NCBI GenBank assembly: GCA_007128345.1 | Contig: SKXS01000024.1 | Span: 1 to 34,284, forward strand | DNA from: Spirochaetia bacterium | Lineage (GTDB): Bacteria; Spirochaetota; Spirochaetia; PWKH01 | Length of the DNA: 34,284 nt | Reading direction: 5' to 3' | In this document: in pieces, positions 32,608 to 34,284 of the stretch | Numbering within the stretch: the first letter of the stretch is position 1 | Layout: each line of letters opens with the position of its first letter | Position numbers and translations under genes: made by a program | The notes under the pieces: model-generated | The model's input: only the letters and a program-made list of their open reading frames with translations | Database searches by the model: none | Told to the model about the DNA's origin: nothing

Positions 32608-34284
32608 ATGCATACCATCCGATTGACCGATACCCCGCCTGCCGGCGAATCAGTGCTCGCATCCCTTGATGAGATGATCCTGTCAGCATCCGGCTGGAGG
32701 AAGGTGTTTGCCGCCGACCGCGATGAAGAGAGCATCTCATGGGAGATCACCCGGGAGGACGGCTACCTTGCAGGCCTGGCGGCACTGGTGTTTTCACGGT
32801 TCCTCCGAGAAGCAGATCCTGACGCCCGCATCCTCGTCCTTGCCATGGACGCACGTTTTACCGGCCCGGCCATAGCTGAATACATGTTCCGGGTATTTTC
32901 AGCACTCCAGTGGGAGGTGCGCTGCCTTTCCATAGCCCCTGTACCCGAAGTCATCGCATACCTCACCTCCGATGCTTCGATCAGCGGATGTGCATATATT
33001 TCGGCCAGCCACAATCCGGTGGGGCACAACGGGATGAAATTCATCGCCGCATCGGGGGTCATCGGGGGAAATGACTCTGCCAGGCTCATCAGATCCATGC
33101 GGGATGCCTGTACCAATGCGCATGCCCTGCAGGAGGTGCACACCTGCCTGCATCGTTCAGACAGCACATCCTGGGAGACCGCATGTCATGAGGAATCCGT
33201 ATGGAAGCAGCATGCAGAAGACGCATACCGCCAATTCATCGGCCTTACCGCGTCAGGCAGTTTCTGTACATGCACAGTTGATGATCTCTACAACCGGATC
33301 CGCTCATCGCTGAGCAGATCTCCCATGGGAATCGTCATCGACTTCAACGGGAGCGCGAGGACCCGTTCAATCGACGTGCAGCTGCTTGAAAGCATCGGTA
33401 TCCGCGTGCGTACCATCAATGAGAAACCCAGGCAAATTGCCCATCCAATCATCCCTGAAGGTGAAAACCTCATCCCCTGCGCCCGTGCGCTTGAAGAGGC
33501 CTGGAGGACGGACCCCTCCTTTTCCATGGGGTATCTCCCGGACAACGACGGGGACAGGGGGAACATCGTCATCATTGATGAGGCCACCGGAGAAGCGAAG
33601 CCCGTTGAAGCCCAGGAGCTTTTTGCTCTAGTTACAGTCTCAGAGCTCTCCTACCTGGTCCAGCAGGGGGTCACTGAAGGACTCGCCGTGGTGGTCAACG
33701 GTCCTACCTCCATGCGCATTGACGAGATAGCCCGCTTTTTCAATGCAGAGGTTTTCCGGTCTGAGGTAGGTGAAGCGAACGTTGTCGAACTGGCCCGAAT
33801 AAAACGCAGGGAAGGCTGCATTGTGCGCATCCTTGGGGAAGGGTCCAACGGAGGCAACATCACCCACCCATCGGTGGTTCGGGATCCATTGAACACCCTC
33901 CTCTCCCTGGTTAAGCTGCTTGCCCTGCGGGACACCCCGAACAGCAGGGGACTGGCAGGCATCTGGAGGGATGCCGCCGGCCTCACTGGTCCGTTTCCTC
34001 AGATACACACGCTCCAAGATATACCGGCAACCCTGCCTGCGTACATAACGACAGGAGTAACCGAAGAACGTGCGCTCATGCATCTGTCAACGCGTGACCA
34101 GTCAAGCCTCAAGGCCGAATACGAGCGGCTCTTCCTGGAAGCTTGGGAGAGGGAGCGGGATCTCTTCAGGGAACAGTTCGGCATATGCTCATGGAAAGCG
34201 GTGCAGTATGAAGGCACTGCCGCCCGTGACGGCATTGGGCCGGGCAGCCGATCCCAGGAGGCATCCGGAGGATTGAAAATCATC
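32608..34284 (+). CDS. Phosphoglucomutase/phosphomannomutase family protein, 3'-truncated by the window end (absent from the ORF track)
   Basis: CAGGAGG RBS, ATG 32608. Translates MHTIRLTDTP..MILSASGWRKVF, catalytic ISASHNPVGHNGMKF, metal loop PDNDGDRG, EVGEANV and GEGSNGGNI. Frame appears open to the end. Confidence 0.9.
   Translation, partial: MHTIRLTDTPPAGESVLASLDEMILSASGWRKVFAADRDEESISWEITREDGYLAGLAALVFSRFLREADPDARILVLAMDARFTGPAIAEYMFRVFSALQWEVRCLSIAPVPEVIAYLTSDASISGCAYISASHNPVGHNGMKFIAASGVIGGNDSARLIRSMRDACTNAHALQEVHTCLHRSDSTSWETACHEESVWKQHAEDAYRQFIGLTASGSFCTCTVDDLYNRIRSSLSRSPMGIVIDFNGSARTRSIDVQLLESIGIRVRTINEKPRQIAHPIIPEGENLIPCARALEEAWRTDPSFSMGYLPDNDGDRGNIVIIDEATGEAKPVEAQELFALVTVSELSYLVQQGVTEGLAVVVNGPTSMRIDEIARFFNAEVFRSEVGEANVVELARIKRREGCIVRILGEGSNGGNITHPSVVRDPLNTLLSLVKLLALRDTPNSRGLAGIWRDAAGLTGPFPQIHTLQDIPATLPAYITTGVTEERALMHLSTRDQSSLKAEYERLFLEAWERERDLFREQFGICSWKAVQYEGTAARDGIGPGSRSQEASGGLKII

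Noticed and set aside
32763-34283. Several short ORFs in the track at the right end
   Set aside because: All overlap the long phosphohexomutase frame starting at 32608, which the track omitted because it has no stop within the window.

Overview
GC-rich bacterial chromosome segment, most likely from a spirochaete (Spirochaetales). This assignment is inferred from the murC-yicC-cmk-like-rpoZ-miaA gene order, the long PPi-dependent phosphofructokinase, the short omega subunit and the spirochaetal-type signal peptides. Most of the window is housekeeping: asnS, manA, pfp, an iron-type ADH, yhbY, an acyl-CoA ligase, a fructosamine-kinase/LMW-PTP pair, folC, rqcH, miaA, rpoZ, murC, mtnN, pdxK and a phosphohexomutase that runs off the right end. 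Two regions stand out. (1) 22.8-29.9 kb is a near-complete Listeria-type flavin-based extracellular electron transfer (FLEET)-like locus (DmkB, Ndh2-DoxX, ApbE/FmnB, an EcfT-like protein, EetB, EetA, PplA-like). It appears adapted to a diderm cell: the three-domain FMN-binding protein lacks a lipobox, the Ndh2 DoxX loop carries tandem repeats with flavinylation-like motifs, dmkA is absent from the window, and a FadL/PorV-like outer-membrane barrel gene lies directly downstream. (2) 1.47-2.8 kb is a three-gene cassette: an atypical LuxR regulator, a secreted precursor with both a Sec signal and a double-glycine-like leader ahead of a Gly/Ala-rich core, and a small 3-TM protein. It looks like a bacteriocin/immunity or peptide-signalling module. 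Also noted: a cytidylate-kinase-like gene in the usual gmk position, a stand-alone basic zinc-ribbon microprotein, and several apparently leaderless genes. No rRNA, tRNA, CRISPR or mobile element was recognised. All calls come from motif recognition by eye; no database searches were run.
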